Shown piece by piece: positions 40,127-50,127 of a stretch of 64,000 nt of DNA. Each line of letters starts with the position of its first letter. Positions within the stretch are counted from its first letter, which is position 1. This stretch comes from an uncultured Armatimonadetes bacterium (lineage in GTDB: Bacteria; Armatimonadota; UBA5829; DTJY01): NCBI GenBank assembly GCA_963717145.1, contig OY970325.1, forward strand, positions 736,001 through 800,000, written 5' to 3'. The position numbers were made by a program, and so were the translations under genes. A model generated the notes under the pieces. It was not told the origin of the DNA and made no database searches. It saw only the letters and a program-made list of their open reading frames with translations.

Positions 40127-40813
40127 GTGTCTGATAAGGTGAATGTCGCCCTCCACATACACACACTCTACTCGGCCTGCGCCGAGACGAGGATCGAGGA
40201 CATCGAGGGATATTGTCGCCGGAACAACGTCGATGTCGTCGCCATCACCGACCACGACACGATCGCCGCCGCGCTCGAACTCAAGGTGGTGTCACCTGAC
40301 TTGCGGGTCATCGTGGGCGAGGAGATCAAAACTCGGCAGGGCGAGATCGTCGGCCTGTTCCTGGAGCACGAGATCGAGGGTGGCCTCGATGCCCTGGAGA
40401 CATGCCAACTCATCAAGCAGCAGGGCGGTCTAGTCTACATCCCGCATCCCTTCGACCTCCTGAAGATCAACCGGCTGAAGAAGCCCGCGCTGATGCAGGT
40501 GTTGGACATGGTCGATATCATCGAGGTCTTCAACGCCAAACTCGTCACACCGATCTACAACATCGTCGCTGACGGGTTCGCCGATCAGCGGGGGAAAGTG
40601 GCTGCTGCCGGGAGTGACGCGCACTACCTCAAGGCGATCGCCGTTTGCCTCAACGAGATCGACGATTTCTCCACGCCACAGGAGTTCCTCGACAACCTCC
40701 GAAACGGCCGCCTGATCGCCAAGCGGAGCGGTTTCCTCCGTGCCTGGTATGTGGGCCTGAAGAATGTCCTCCGGGGCGAAGGCCATGTCATCAAGCGCTT
40801 CGGGCGGCGCTAG
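40127..40813 (+). CDS. PHP-family metallophosphoesterase
   Basis: LHIHTLYS, AITDHD, PHPF, GSDAH. Confidence 0.9.
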   Translation: MSDKVNVALHIHTLYSACAETRIEDIEGYCRRNNVDVVAITDHDTIAAALELKVVSPDLRVIVGEEIKTRQGEIVGLFLEHEIEGGLDALETCQLIKQQGGLVYIPHPFDLLKINRLKKPALMQVLDMVDIIEVFNAKLVTPIYNIVADGFADQRGKVAAAGSDAHYLKAIAVCLNEIDDFSTPQEFLDNLRNGRLIAKRSGFLRAWYVGLKNVLRGEGHVIKRFGRR

Positions 40814-40820
40814 AGTCCCC

Positions 40821-40846
40821 GTAGGGGAGGCCTTCAACGGCCTCCC
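40821..40846. repeat. Single GTAG-headed REP
   Basis: gtag-gggaggcc-ttcaac-ggcctccc. Confidence 0.6.
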
Positions 40847-40919
40847 GTGAGGGCGAGTGTTTCCATGCGAACAAACCGGGCGACTTCGCGCGTCTACCGT
40901 GCAGAGAGGAGTCGCCGAG

Positions 40920-42122
40920 ATGCAGAAAACGGAGTGCAATCAGTTGGAGAGTACGCTGGCAGAGATATGGTCGGAGCACAGGGACTACCTGAGGAGACTG
41001 CTCATCAGCCTGACCCGTGACATAGATGTCGCGGAGGACTTGCTGCAGGAGACCTACCTCAAGGCGCGCAACGGCCTGGCGAATTACCGAGGCGGGGATG
41101 CCCGTGCGTGGCTTTCCGTCATCGCAAGGAATGGGTTCTACTCCCATGTGCGCAGTCGGCCCATCCGATCGGAACTTCCACTAGGCGATCGTGAGGACGA
41201 ACCGGTCGGCGACTGGCCGGGCTCCGCGGGCTACCTTGCCATACACGAACTGCGCCACGCGATAGATGCGCTTGCTCCGGGACAGCGAACTGCGCTCATC
41301 ATGAAGCATTACGGCGGCTTCACATACAAAGAGATCGGCGAGCATCTACACTGCCCTACCGGCACCGTCCAGCGCAGGGTCTGGACCGCCATGCAGAGGC
41401 TTCGGGATGTCCTCGTCGGATCTCAGAAGGAGCCGGTTAGGATGAAATGCGAGGAGTTGCGTGGACTTAGGATGCTGGATTATCTCTACGGCACGCTGTC
41501 TGGAGATGAGGCAGCCGCCATCGAGGCTCACCTCGACGAGTGCGGTGACTGCCGGCAGGATGTCGAGCAGTTGCGCGGCATCATGACCGCTCTCGATTCA
41601 CTCGATGAGGACTTCAAGAGCACCGCTATCGTCGAACTCGATGAGCATGGGACGACGACAGGGTACCTGTCGTTAAGCATGGGGAATCCATACGACAAGC
41701 CCGATTCCACGATCGAGTTCGGCGCGGGCCCTTTCACGGATCTGATGCACGTGTTCGTGCAGGGCGAGGAAGCGAGTTTCGAGTTGCTGCCGAAGACATC
41801 CGATAGCGGAATGCAGAGGTACAGGGCACATCTGGCGCATCCCCTCGAGCCGGGCGGGCGGTTCCTGCTGCAGTTCGTATTCCGCGAGCCCTGTGAGCCG
41901 GGGGCATATCTGGGAGACGGCAGGTGGCGTATGAGAGGCCACTGGCAACTGACCGAGAAGAACGTGACTATCGTCGCGGCGCGACTGCCGTGCGGCGCGC
42001 GCCTCGAATGTGCTGAGCCGAAGCCTGATGAGGTAAGGTCAAACGGCACGACGACTCTGATCTGGCGGCGCATGATGCAGCCCAACGAGGAGTTCGAGTC
42101 CATCATTGAATACGCGCTCTGA
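40920..42122 (+). CDS. ECF sigma factor fused to a zf-HC2 (ZAS) domain and a C-terminal beta domain
   Basis: AEDLLQETYLKA, WLSVIARN, YKEIGEHL..PTGTV; then HLDECGDC. Confidence 0.87.
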   Translation: MQKTECNQLESTLAEIWSEHRDYLRRLLISLTRDIDVAEDLLQETYLKARNGLANYRGGDARAWLSVIARNGFYSHVRSRPIRSELPLGDREDEPVGDWPGSAGYLAIHELRHAIDALAPGQRTALIMKHYGGFTYKEIGEHLHCPTGTVQRRVWTAMQRLRDVLVGSQKEPVRMKCEELRGLRMLDYLYGTLSGDEAAAIEAHLDECGDCRQDVEQLRGIMTALDSLDEDFKSTAIVELDEHGTTTGYLSLSMGNPYDKPDSTIEFGAGPFTDLMHVFVQGEEASFELLPKTSDSGMQRYRAHLAHPLEPGGRFLLQFVFREPCEPGAYLGDGRWRMRGHWQLTEKNVTIVAARLPCGARLECAEPKPDEVRSNGTTTLIWRRMMQPNEEFESIIEYAL

Positions 42123-42154
42123 ACAGACTCATCAACCTTTCGAGTCTCAGGCGA

Positions 42155-44281
42155 CTAGGGAAGTGATTCGGCCCGCTCTATCATCTCCATCTGCTCTTCA
42201 GGCGAGAGGTGAACGAACAGAGCGTTGAAGCCGGCAATGCGTACCAGCAGATCACCGTGCAGCTCCGGGTGCGTTTGGGCGTCCCGGAGCTGCACGGCGT
42301 TCAGGAATGCGATCTGAAGTTCCTGGCCGCCGTTTGAGAAGAACGCGTCGACCATCGCGGTCAGATTGTCCGCGTCAGGCGCGCTGCCCTTTGCCAGCGT
42401 GAGATTCAGGTTGTAGCCGCCCGCCCAGAACTCCGCGGGCCGGAGCTTCATCACGCTCTTCAGGAGCGCGGTCGGCCCCTTAGCGCTCATTCCGCCCGGC
42501 GGACCGATGCTGTCGGCGAGAGGCGTGAAGGCAAGCCGGCCGTCGGGAGTCGCCTCGATCTTCTTTCCCTCGACATGGTGCAGGCTGCGGACCACATGGC
42601 AGTTCACGTGCCTCTCTGATCCGATCTCCTGCTCGATCTCCCTGACCACCTGTCTGCGCATCTCCAGCAGTTCGACCGCCCACTTATCGGCACGCTCGTC
42701 ATCATTTCCCCACTTCGGGGCGGCCAGAATCTGGGCGCGAACGGCGGGGTCCTCGTAGTTCGCCCGCAGCGCGGATCGAATATCATCCAGGGTGAGTCTC
42801 TTCTCGCGTAACACCGTGTGCTCGATCGCCGCCAGACCATTGACCGCGTTCGTGAACCCTCGCTCCATGAGCCCCGGCAGGTTGTAGCGCATGTGGACGT
42901 GCATGTCGCATCCGTTGGCGACACAGCCGTCCATCAGCGCTGAAGTGAACGGGGTCGGCACGCGATCGGCGGACTTCGGCCACCAGATCATACGGTTCTT
43001 GAGCATGGGCGACAGGCGGGCGTTCATGGCGGCTCGAAGTCTGTCGGACAAGTCGGACATGTCTGACAGGTCGGACGAGTCGGAGAGGAGCACCTCTCCC
43101 AGAACGACCGCGCAGTTGAGCGTCGGTCCGGTTGCCGAACTCGCGAGCCGTCCGGGGATTCCAAGCTCATTGCACCCGATCACGCAGTAGTCCCAGGCGT
43201 CCTCCTCGGCGACTCCGGCTCGGATGAAGCCCTCAGCAGTCTGCTCATCACCGATCAGCAGCGGCATGCTCAGGCCGTCGGAGAGCAACTCGATCGCCCG
43301 CGCCTTGACGCGGGTATCGATACGGTCGTGCCAGCGGATGAAGAGATGCGGGTCGGGCATCCGGATGAGGTCGCAGGCATCGAGGAATCGCAGGGTGAGT
43401 TCGTTGCAGCGGTCGTTTCCCTCGTGATCGAGCCCGCCGAGAGTGATCGCCTGGGTCTTGGAGTGGCTTCCCCAGAGCGAGTTGGCCGAAATCTTGAGCA
43501 GGAAGGCCGCCAGGAGATCGGCGGTCTCAGCAGCGCCATCGTAATAAGGCCGCAGGATACGATCGAGCAGGCCGAGCGAGACCGAATAGCCGTGGCCTTC
43601 AATATGGATCGCCAGGTGGACGAGCGCGATCGCCTGGAGAGCGTCGAAGAGGGTCCGAGCCGGTTTGGCAGGAACGCGGCGGCATGCGTCCGCCACTCGC
43701 AGGAGTGCGTTCTTGACGTGCGGATCCGTCGCCTCCTGAGCCGTGATCAGGGCCGCGTCGGAGTATCGGTTCGCCCACCGGGTCACCGCCTCGCACGAGA
43801 TGACCATCGACTCCCGATAATCGGAGGTCTCGTATGATCGGGCCTCTGCGATAATACCCTCGAGGCCCTCGGTCAGCACTCGCCCCATGTCGACCGCGAG
43901 GTGGCCGGTACCCGCTCCTCCGCCGACCGATCGATCCGCCCAGAATTCCCGAAGGTCATCGGGGATGGCGTCGCCATCCATGAATCCGTCGAGTTCGGGA
44001 TGCTCCTGGAGCGCCTGGTTCGGCACGACGAACCCGTGCTCAGGGATGAGCATCCACGCGCGCGGGCGGCTCGACGTGTTGCCTGCGAACACGGGGTTGG
44101 TCTGCAGATCGAGGGTCATGTTGTCGAGGATGTGGGCGAAGGTCCTGGCGCGGCACAGGGCGATCGGTTCGTCGCCGAAACGCTGATAGCCCTCCGTCGC
44201 GAGGCGTGCCCGCTCGAGGCAGACGGTGTCCGGAGTAGATACCAGCAGTTCCCTGGTTCTGCGGATGAGGTCAAGCATCAT
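42155..44281 (-). CDS. Glycyl radical enzyme (PFL superfamily), substrate unknown
   Basis: ERARLATE, IGCNE Cys loop, PKWGNDD, ATPDGR, LLVRIAGF Gly loop. Confidence 0.9.
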   Translation of the reverse strand: MMLDLIRRTRELLVSTPDTVCLERARLATEGYQRFGDEPIALCRARTFAHILDNMTLDLQTNPVFAGNTSSRPRAWMLIPEHGFVVPNQALQEHPELDGFMDGDAIPDDLREFWADRSVGGGAGTGHLAVDMGRVLTEGLEGIIAEARSYETSDYRESMVISCEAVTRWANRYSDAALITAQEATDPHVKNALLRVADACRRVPAKPARTLFDALQAIALVHLAIHIEGHGYSVSLGLLDRILRPYYDGAAETADLLAAFLLKISANSLWGSHSKTQAITLGGLDHEGNDRCNELTLRFLDACDLIRMPDPHLFIRWHDRIDTRVKARAIELLSDGLSMPLLIGDEQTAEGFIRAGVAEEDAWDYCVIGCNELGIPGRLASSATGPTLNCAVVLGEVLLSDSSDLSDMSDLSDRLRAAMNARLSPMLKNRMIWWPKSADRVPTPFTSALMDGCVANGCDMHVHMRYNLPGLMERGFTNAVNGLAAIEHTVLREKRLTLDDIRSALRANYEDPAVRAQILAAPKWGNDDERADKWAVELLEMRRQVVREIEQEIGSERHVNCHVVRSLHHVEGKKIEATPDGRLAFTPLADSIGPPGGMSAKGPTALLKSVMKLRPAEFWAGGYNLNLTLAKGSAPDADNLTAMVDAFFSNGGQELQIAFLNAVQLRDAQTHPELHGDLLVRIAGFNALFVHLSPEEQMEMIERAESLP

Positions 44282-44375
44282 CAGCCGTCCCCATGAGTCA
44301 CACGGGTCGCATTCATGCACGAAAAAGGGCCGGCGTCGGAACATCCCGGCGTCGGCCCTCAGATGAATCTTCCTG

Positions 44376-45309
44376 CTACCTGACCGGCGCTGTGCCGACC
44401 ACGATGTCTCCAATCTTCAGCGGTCCACCGGCCTCATATACTATCGTTGGCATCTCAGTGTTTCCTGGCACCGTCTGCGCGTGGATGAAGAACTCGTCCG
44501 GCACAGGAATCGGGGAGGCGAGCATCGAGTTGTCGACCACACGCACCTCAATCACCGCCGGCCGCCCATTGAAAGTGCCTCTGCCTGCGAAGACGGCGGT
44601 GTGGGCATCCACCGCGAGCTTCTCGACCTTCGGCATCTGGATGCGTACCAAGGGCTGGATCACTGTCGGCGTCGGAGCCAGCAGGGGGCTGATCTCGGCG
44701 TACATCAGTCCTCCATCGATCATCCCTCTTATGCTGCTCGCGGAGAACTGGAATTTCCCATACGTCGCGTTCTTCACGGCGATCATTCCTGCGCCCTTAG
44801 CGAACATGTTGGGAGGAGGCGGCTGGCTGAACACGACTATGTCGCCCTTAATGACGCCGCCCGATCTGTCGAAGATGATCGTCGCGGGCCCGAGCGGCTG
44901 AGCGGTAATATGGAACCAGTCGCCGCTGGGATTGTCGTCCAGCGCCTCGATAGTGAGGTTCGCGGGCCTTCCATTCCAGGTCCCAACGGCCTTGATGACG
45001 GCGAAGTTGCCCTCGATCTTCATCTCGGTGATGGCTTTTGTGGCGATGAAAGTGGCTCTTCGGATGGTGGGACTCGCCTCTTTGTACTGAAACCCTCCGT
45101 AGAGGCTCCCGCCGGCGCTCCACACGTTGATGTCGAACATTCCGACGGCCCCCTGAACGCCCGGGATTGCGCCCAGTACCACGGACTCCCTGCTCCGGCT
45201 CGGGCAGGATCGGCGGCGGTGGTGGGGGGGTCTGGGCGAAAGATGCGGCCCCACATGCGACTGTCACCATTACAGCCGCCAGCAGAATAAGGATCGCGCG
45301 CTTCTGCAT
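44376..45309 (-). CDS. Secreted protein with two tandem beta-rich repeat domains; +1 indel near 45173
   Basis: Signal peptide and poly-Pro; GTWNGRPA..DN..DWFHI repeated as GTFNGRPA..DN..DEFFI. Confidence 0.72.
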
Positions 45310-45367
45310 GACTGATACCTCCTCTTCCAAGATCGCAAAGACGGTGGTTCGGGGAAAACTTGATCTG

Positions 45368-45396
45368 ATATTACACCCGGTAGGTTTATCTGTCAA
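45368..45396 (-). promoter_or_regulatory. sigma70-type promoter
   Basis: TTGACA-17 nt-TAATAT on the minus strand. Confidence 0.6.
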
Positions 45397-45536
45397 CAGG
45401 TTTCTGGAATGCCGGGCGACATATTATTATACCCAGCGGCTGAGGATTATACGCTTGGTTCTCGCAGAATGACGACAAGATCGCCGACTTTGGCGTATAA
45501 TGGTTGGCAAGTCAGTTTGTTTTGGGGAGGTATCGT

Positions 45537-46412
45537 ATGCGGTCACGTATTCTGTTGTTCCTGTTCGTCCTGGGAGTCGTATTGTCATCCGCGGCGCTCT
45601 ATGCGGCGGAGGCCGATTCCTCGATTCCTGTCTATCCCGGAAACAAGGTGGAGTTCGAGTTGAACCTCACCCAGAAGGATTTTCTTCCGGTGATCCGCCA
45701 GTGGATTGGACTCATTCCCGGAGTGGTCGGCAAGATCCTGGCTACACCCGAACCGGGCCAGCAGCCGGATCCCGAGATGCAGCAGGCCCTCGCAGTTGGT
45801 GCACAGGCGGCCAGAGAACTGCAAGCGGCGTTCGCAGGGGTGAATCAGATCTCCGTCATTGTATATCCCCAGCCAATGCAGGTATCGGCTGACGAGGTCG
45901 GTGCTTTCTATGTTAAGCAGATGGCGCTCGGCACAGGATGGACCAGACCGGTTATGGTCCGGCGGAAGGAGGGCTCAGTGCAACTATACGTGAAGCCCGA
46001 TCTCGCCGGGATGTTCGGTATCGCCGTAGGGAAGGGCTATGTCGTCGCCGCTAAGGTGGATGGCAAGATCGACCTGGTCGTGTTCGGCAGGATCTTCGCG
46101 GAACTCGCGCCGATCATCGGCATGCACAGCAGGGTCAATGTCGGCGGCGAGCCGGCCCAGGGGCCGAACGAGGATCCCCAGCCGACTTTGACCGCAGGAT
46201 ACCAGGTCGCGCTCGAGGATGTCGGTCCGCAGAGGGTGCGCGTCCTGGCAGTCATTCGTGAGGTGACCGGTATGTCGCCGACCGAGGCGCGTGAGTTCGT
46301 CCAGTCGCTCCCTCAGCCGCTGAAGACCGGTCTCTCCGAGGCCGATGCGCAAGAACTGGCGACGCGTCTGGAATCGATGGGCGCGACCGTCAGCGTTGCG
46401 AGTTCCGAATAG
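45537..46412 (+). CDS. Secreted protein with C-terminal ribosomal L7/L12 CTD-like domain
   Basis: GGAGGT RBS, signal peptide; YQVALEDVGPQRVRVLAVIREVTGMSPTEAREFVQSLPQPLKTGLSEADAQELATRLESMGATV. Confidence 0.78.
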   Translation: MRSRILLFLFVLGVVLSSAALYAAEADSSIPVYPGNKVEFELNLTQKDFLPVIRQWIGLIPGVVGKILATPEPGQQPDPEMQQALAVGAQAARELQAAFAGVNQISVIVYPQPMQVSADEVGAFYVKQMALGTGWTRPVMVRRKEGSVQLYVKPDLAGMFGIAVGKGYVVAAKVDGKIDLVVFGRIFAELAPIIGMHSRVNVGGEPAQGPNEDPQPTLTAGYQVALEDVGPQRVRVLAVIREVTGMSPTEAREFVQSLPQPLKTGLSEADAQELATRLESMGATVSVASSE

Positions 46413-46432
46413 ATGAGCGAAGGAGGTGCAGC

Positions 46433-47650
46433 ATGACGGATAACAAGGGATTGAGCAGGCGTGATTTCCTCAAGGGGTCGGCGGCGGCGGTCGGCCTGGG
46501 GATGATAGGGACGGGATCGGCGATGGCGGCCCCTCGTGTCATCGGCGCGAACGACAGGATCATGCTCGGCGTTATCGGCTGCGGCAACAAGGGAACGAAT
46601 CACCTCAACAACCTCATCAAGAATGACAAGGTGACCGTCGTCGCCATATCGGACATCTACCAGGCCAGGAAGGACCGCGCGACGGGGATATGTGGCGGCG
46701 AGATCCATCACGACTACCGCAAGCTCCTCGAACGCAAGGACATCGACGGAGTGGTGATCGCGACTCCCGACCACTGGCACGCAAAGATGGCGACCGACGC
46801 GATGGAGGCCGGCAAGGACATCTACCTCGAGAAGCCCATGACCTATACCTGGGAGGAAGCCAAAGAGGTAGTGTCCGTCGTCAACCGCACGAAGCGAGTG
46901 CTGCAGGTCGGCGCACAGTCGTGCTCCCAGGACCAGTGGTGGAAGGCGAACAAGCTCATCAAGGACGGCGCGATCGGCAAGGTCCTCTGGACGACCTCCA
47001 GCTACAGCCGGAACTCGACCCGCGGCGAGTGGAACTATGGGATCGACGAGGGCGCGAATCCCGACAACCTCGATTGGAAGGCATGGCTCGGGTCCGCTCC
47101 CCAGAGGCCGTTTGACAGGGAGCGATACTTCCGCTGGCGCAAGTATTGGGACTATTCGGGTGGCATCGCGACCGACTTGTTCTATCACCAACTCTCACAC
47201 TTGCAGATCGCCCTCGGCCCGGAGTTTCCGAAGCGCGTCTCGGCGGGCGGCGGGATCTACGTTCAGCACGACCGCGATGTGCCGGACACTTTCCATATGA
47301 TTATCGACTATCCGAGCGATCACTCGATCGTGCTCACCTCGTCGATGGCGAACAGGCAGGGCGCCCCCGAATTGATTCGCGGTCACGAGGCGACGATGTA
47401 CTTCGAGAGCCCGGGCGTTGTCGTTCGGCCCGAGGACGAGTTCAAGGAGCAGCGGCAGGAGGTCAAGGTGGCGGTCGAACCTCGGGCGTCGCACATGGAC
47501 AATTGGCTGGAGTGCATCCGCACACGCAACAAGCCGACCCTCGACGCCGAGACGGCGTACAAGATCATGGTTGCGATCGCACTCGGCGTGCAGTCCTACC
47601 GCAAAGAGCAGGTCATGAAGTTCGACCCCCAGAAGGAGAGGGTCATCTAG
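46433..47650 (+). CDS. Tat-exported Gfo/Idh/MocA oxidoreductase 1
   Basis: SRRDFLK, GVIGCG, IATPDHWH, YLEKP. Confidence 0.92.
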   Translation: MTDNKGLSRRDFLKGSAAAVGLGMIGTGSAMAAPRVIGANDRIMLGVIGCGNKGTNHLNNLIKNDKVTVVAISDIYQARKDRATGICGGEIHHDYRKLLERKDIDGVVIATPDHWHAKMATDAMEAGKDIYLEKPMTYTWEEAKEVVSVVNRTKRVLQVGAQSCSQDQWWKANKLIKDGAIGKVLWTTSSYSRNSTRGEWNYGIDEGANPDNLDWKAWLGSAPQRPFDRERYFRWRKYWDYSGGIATDLFYHQLSHLQIALGPEFPKRVSAGGGIYVQHDRDVPDTFHMIIDYPSDHSIVLTSSMANRQGAPELIRGHEATMYFESPGVVVRPEDEFKEQRQEVKVAVEPRASHMDNWLECIRTRNKPTLDAETAYKIMVAIALGVQSYRKEQVMKFDPQKERVI

Positions 47651-47676
47651 TACCCAGGTTCCGATGCTATGAGAAG

Positions 47677-47764
47677 GAAAACGCTGTTGGGGATGGAGTT
47701 GGACTCCATCCCCTCCGCTCAGTCACCGGGGATGGAGTCCAACTCCATCCCCAACAGCGTTTTC
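47677..47764. repeat. Doublet palindrome family D copy 2
   Basis: Same arms and 14-nt spacer length as 19985-20062; different spacer and outer-stem sequence. Confidence 0.9.
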
Positions 47765-47816
47765 TTTCCCGCAGTATCGGAAAGCGGCGTCAAGCCGCCG
47801 CACTCCACAAGCAGTC

Positions 47817-48752
47817 ATGGACATACCGATCATCATCCGCATGAAGCGCCAGGCGATGAACTGCGAGTTCGAACTCGTGCTGTCCGGGCACGATCGCCAG
47901 TACCTCCTGGATGCCGGTGAGGAAGCCTTCGAGGAGCTTGCCCGGCTCGAGGAGCAGTTGAGCGTCTTCATCCCGACGAGCGACGTATCCGATATCAACG
48001 CCCACGCCTCTCGAGGGCCGGTGCGGGTCGATCCCCGGCTGTTCGATCTGCTCGCGATGGCTTATCGAGTGAGCGCTGAGACAGGTGGCGCATTCGATGT
48101 TTCCGCCGGACCGCTCGTTCAGCGATGGACCGCCGGCCGCGAAGGTTTCTGCCTTCCGACTTCGGAGGAGATCGAGCGGCTGCTCTCGAATGTTGGTATG
48201 GAGCACGTGCGTCTCGATGACGCCGAACATACCGCGGAGTTCGACCGCCCCGGCATGGCGCTGAACCTGGGGGCGATGGGCAAGGGGTATGCGGTCGGAG
48301 AGATGGCAAGCCTCCTGCGCGACCGGGGCATTGAGTCCGGTCTGGTGAGCGGCGGATCGAGCACGGTGTACGCCATCGGTCATCAGCCTGAGGCCGATGC
48401 ATGGACGGTCGGTGTGATCAATCCGTCCGAGCGCACGGAGCGGCTCACAACGGTGAGGTTGAGGGATCAGGCGCTCTCCACGTCGGGCGGCCACGAGCGG
48501 TTCGTAGAGGTGGACGGCGTCCGGTACAGCCATGTGATCGACCCGCGAACCGGCTGCCCGGCGGACGATCTGCTGATCGCCAGCGCGGTCACGTCCGATG
48601 CGGCCGAGAGCGATGCGCTCTCAACCGCGTTCCTGGTCCTCGGGATCGAAGGAACGCGCGAGTATTGCGATTCACACGCCGATGTGGGCGCTCTCCTGGT
48701 CCCCCGGCCCGCGCCGGGATCGGAGATCGAGATCATCCGAATCGGCATCTAG
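47817..48752 (+). CDS. apbE: FAD:protein FMN transferase (ApbE family), no signal peptide evident
   Basis: TGGAFDVSAGPL, NLGAMGKGYA, ALSTSG, YSHVIDPRTG, SDALSTA. Confidence 0.92.
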   Translation: MDIPIIIRMKRQAMNCEFELVLSGHDRQYLLDAGEEAFEELARLEEQLSVFIPTSDVSDINAHASRGPVRVDPRLFDLLAMAYRVSAETGGAFDVSAGPLVQRWTAGREGFCLPTSEEIERLLSNVGMEHVRLDDAEHTAEFDRPGMALNLGAMGKGYAVGEMASLLRDRGIESGLVSGGSSTVYAIGHQPEADAWTVGVINPSERTERLTTVRLRDQALSTSGGHERFVEVDGVRYSHVIDPRTGCPADDLLIASAVTSDAAESDALSTAFLVLGIEGTREYCDSHADVGALLVPRPAPGSEIEIIRIGI

Positions 48753-48756
48753 CAAT

Positions 48757-48821
48757 GTAGTGGCCGTGCCTCTGTGCCGGCCAGCGAGGTAGCTTGGCCG
48801 GCACAGAGGCACGGCCACTAC
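48757..48821. repeat. 65-bp REP doublet, family A copy 3
   Basis: Arms identical to the 18797 copy, different 13-nt spacer. Confidence 0.92.
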
Positions 48822-48845
48822 AAGGACCACCTGGAGGTGTTTTCT

Positions 48846-50097
48846 ATGACTATTGATGATGGAGGCCTGAGCCGGAGAGATTTCATCAAGGGATCGGCGG
48901 CCGCCGTCGCAACCCTCGGCCTGGGATCGGGCGTATCCGCTCAGCAGGCCGACGTGCAGCAGATCAGATGTGGGTTCATCGGGACCGGCAGCGAGGGGGC
49001 GATGCTCCTCGGCAAGCTGGTCCGAATCCCGGGCGTGAAAGTGCCGGCCGTCTGCGATATCTACGAGCCGAACCTCAAGAAGGGCTTGAAGATCGCGGGA
49101 GGACTCGCTCGCGGGTACGACGACTACCGCCTGATGCTCGACCGCGATGACCTCGATGCGATCATGATCGCCACTCCGCTCTACCTGCATGCCCCGATGG
49201 CGATAGACGCAATGCAGGCGGGCAAGCACGTCTTCAGCGAGAAGATGATGGCCTACACTATCGACGACGCAAAGGCGATGCTACGAACCTCGAAGCAGAC
49301 CGGCAAGCTGCTTCAGATCGGTCATCAGCGCCGGTACAACGCCCTCTACAACCATGCCTACGAGCTCATCAAGCAGGGCGTGCTCGGCAAGATCACGCAT
49401 GTTCGCTGCATGTGGAACCGCAACGGAAGCTGGCGGCGCGCCGTGCCCGATCCCAAGTTCGAGCGGCTGATCAACTGGCGCATGTACAAGGACTGCTCGC
49501 GGGGACTCATGGCGGAGCTTGCCGAGCCATCAGACCCACGTCACCAACTGGTTCCTCGATGCTCTCCCTGTGTCCGTCATGGGCATGGGCGGCATCGACT
49601 ACTGGAAGGACGGCCGCGAGGTTTACGACAACGTCAACGTCATCTTCGAGTATCCTGAGGGCGTGAAGCTCTACTACCAGTCGCTCACGACCAATCAGTA
49701 CGACAACTGCTACGAGCAGTTCATGGGCGATAAGGGCACGCTGATGTTGTCCCCCGGCAAGGCTCAGCTCTTCAAGGAGCCGAAAGCCGAGGATCTGGCG
49801 TGGGGCAGTGCCGCTCATACGGAGACCGTTGGCGGCAAGGAAGCTATCCTGCTCGATGCCGACGTGACCGCCAAGCTCAAGGCACAGTCGGGCGAGGGCG
49901 AGCAGATCGCCGCTGCGGAGAAGAAAGACGACTACATGACCGAGCTTGAGAGCTTCATCGCCTGCATCAGAGAGGGCAAGCAGCCGGACTGCGACGGCCA
50001 GGAGGGCCTCGAGTCCGCGGCGACGTGCATCCTCGCGAACGACGCGATGGCGCAGGGCAAGAAGCTCTTCTACAAGCCCGAGATGTTCAAGGTCTAG
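48846..50097 (+). CDS. Tat-exported Gfo/Idh/MocA oxidoreductase 2; +1 indel near 49520
   Basis: SRRDFIK, GFIGTG, IATPLYLH, FSEKMM, NWRMY; removing one G restores GLMAELASHQ. Confidence 0.9.
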
Positions 50098-50127
50098 GAA
50101 TCCGCCTTTCCGAGAGAGAGGATAACA

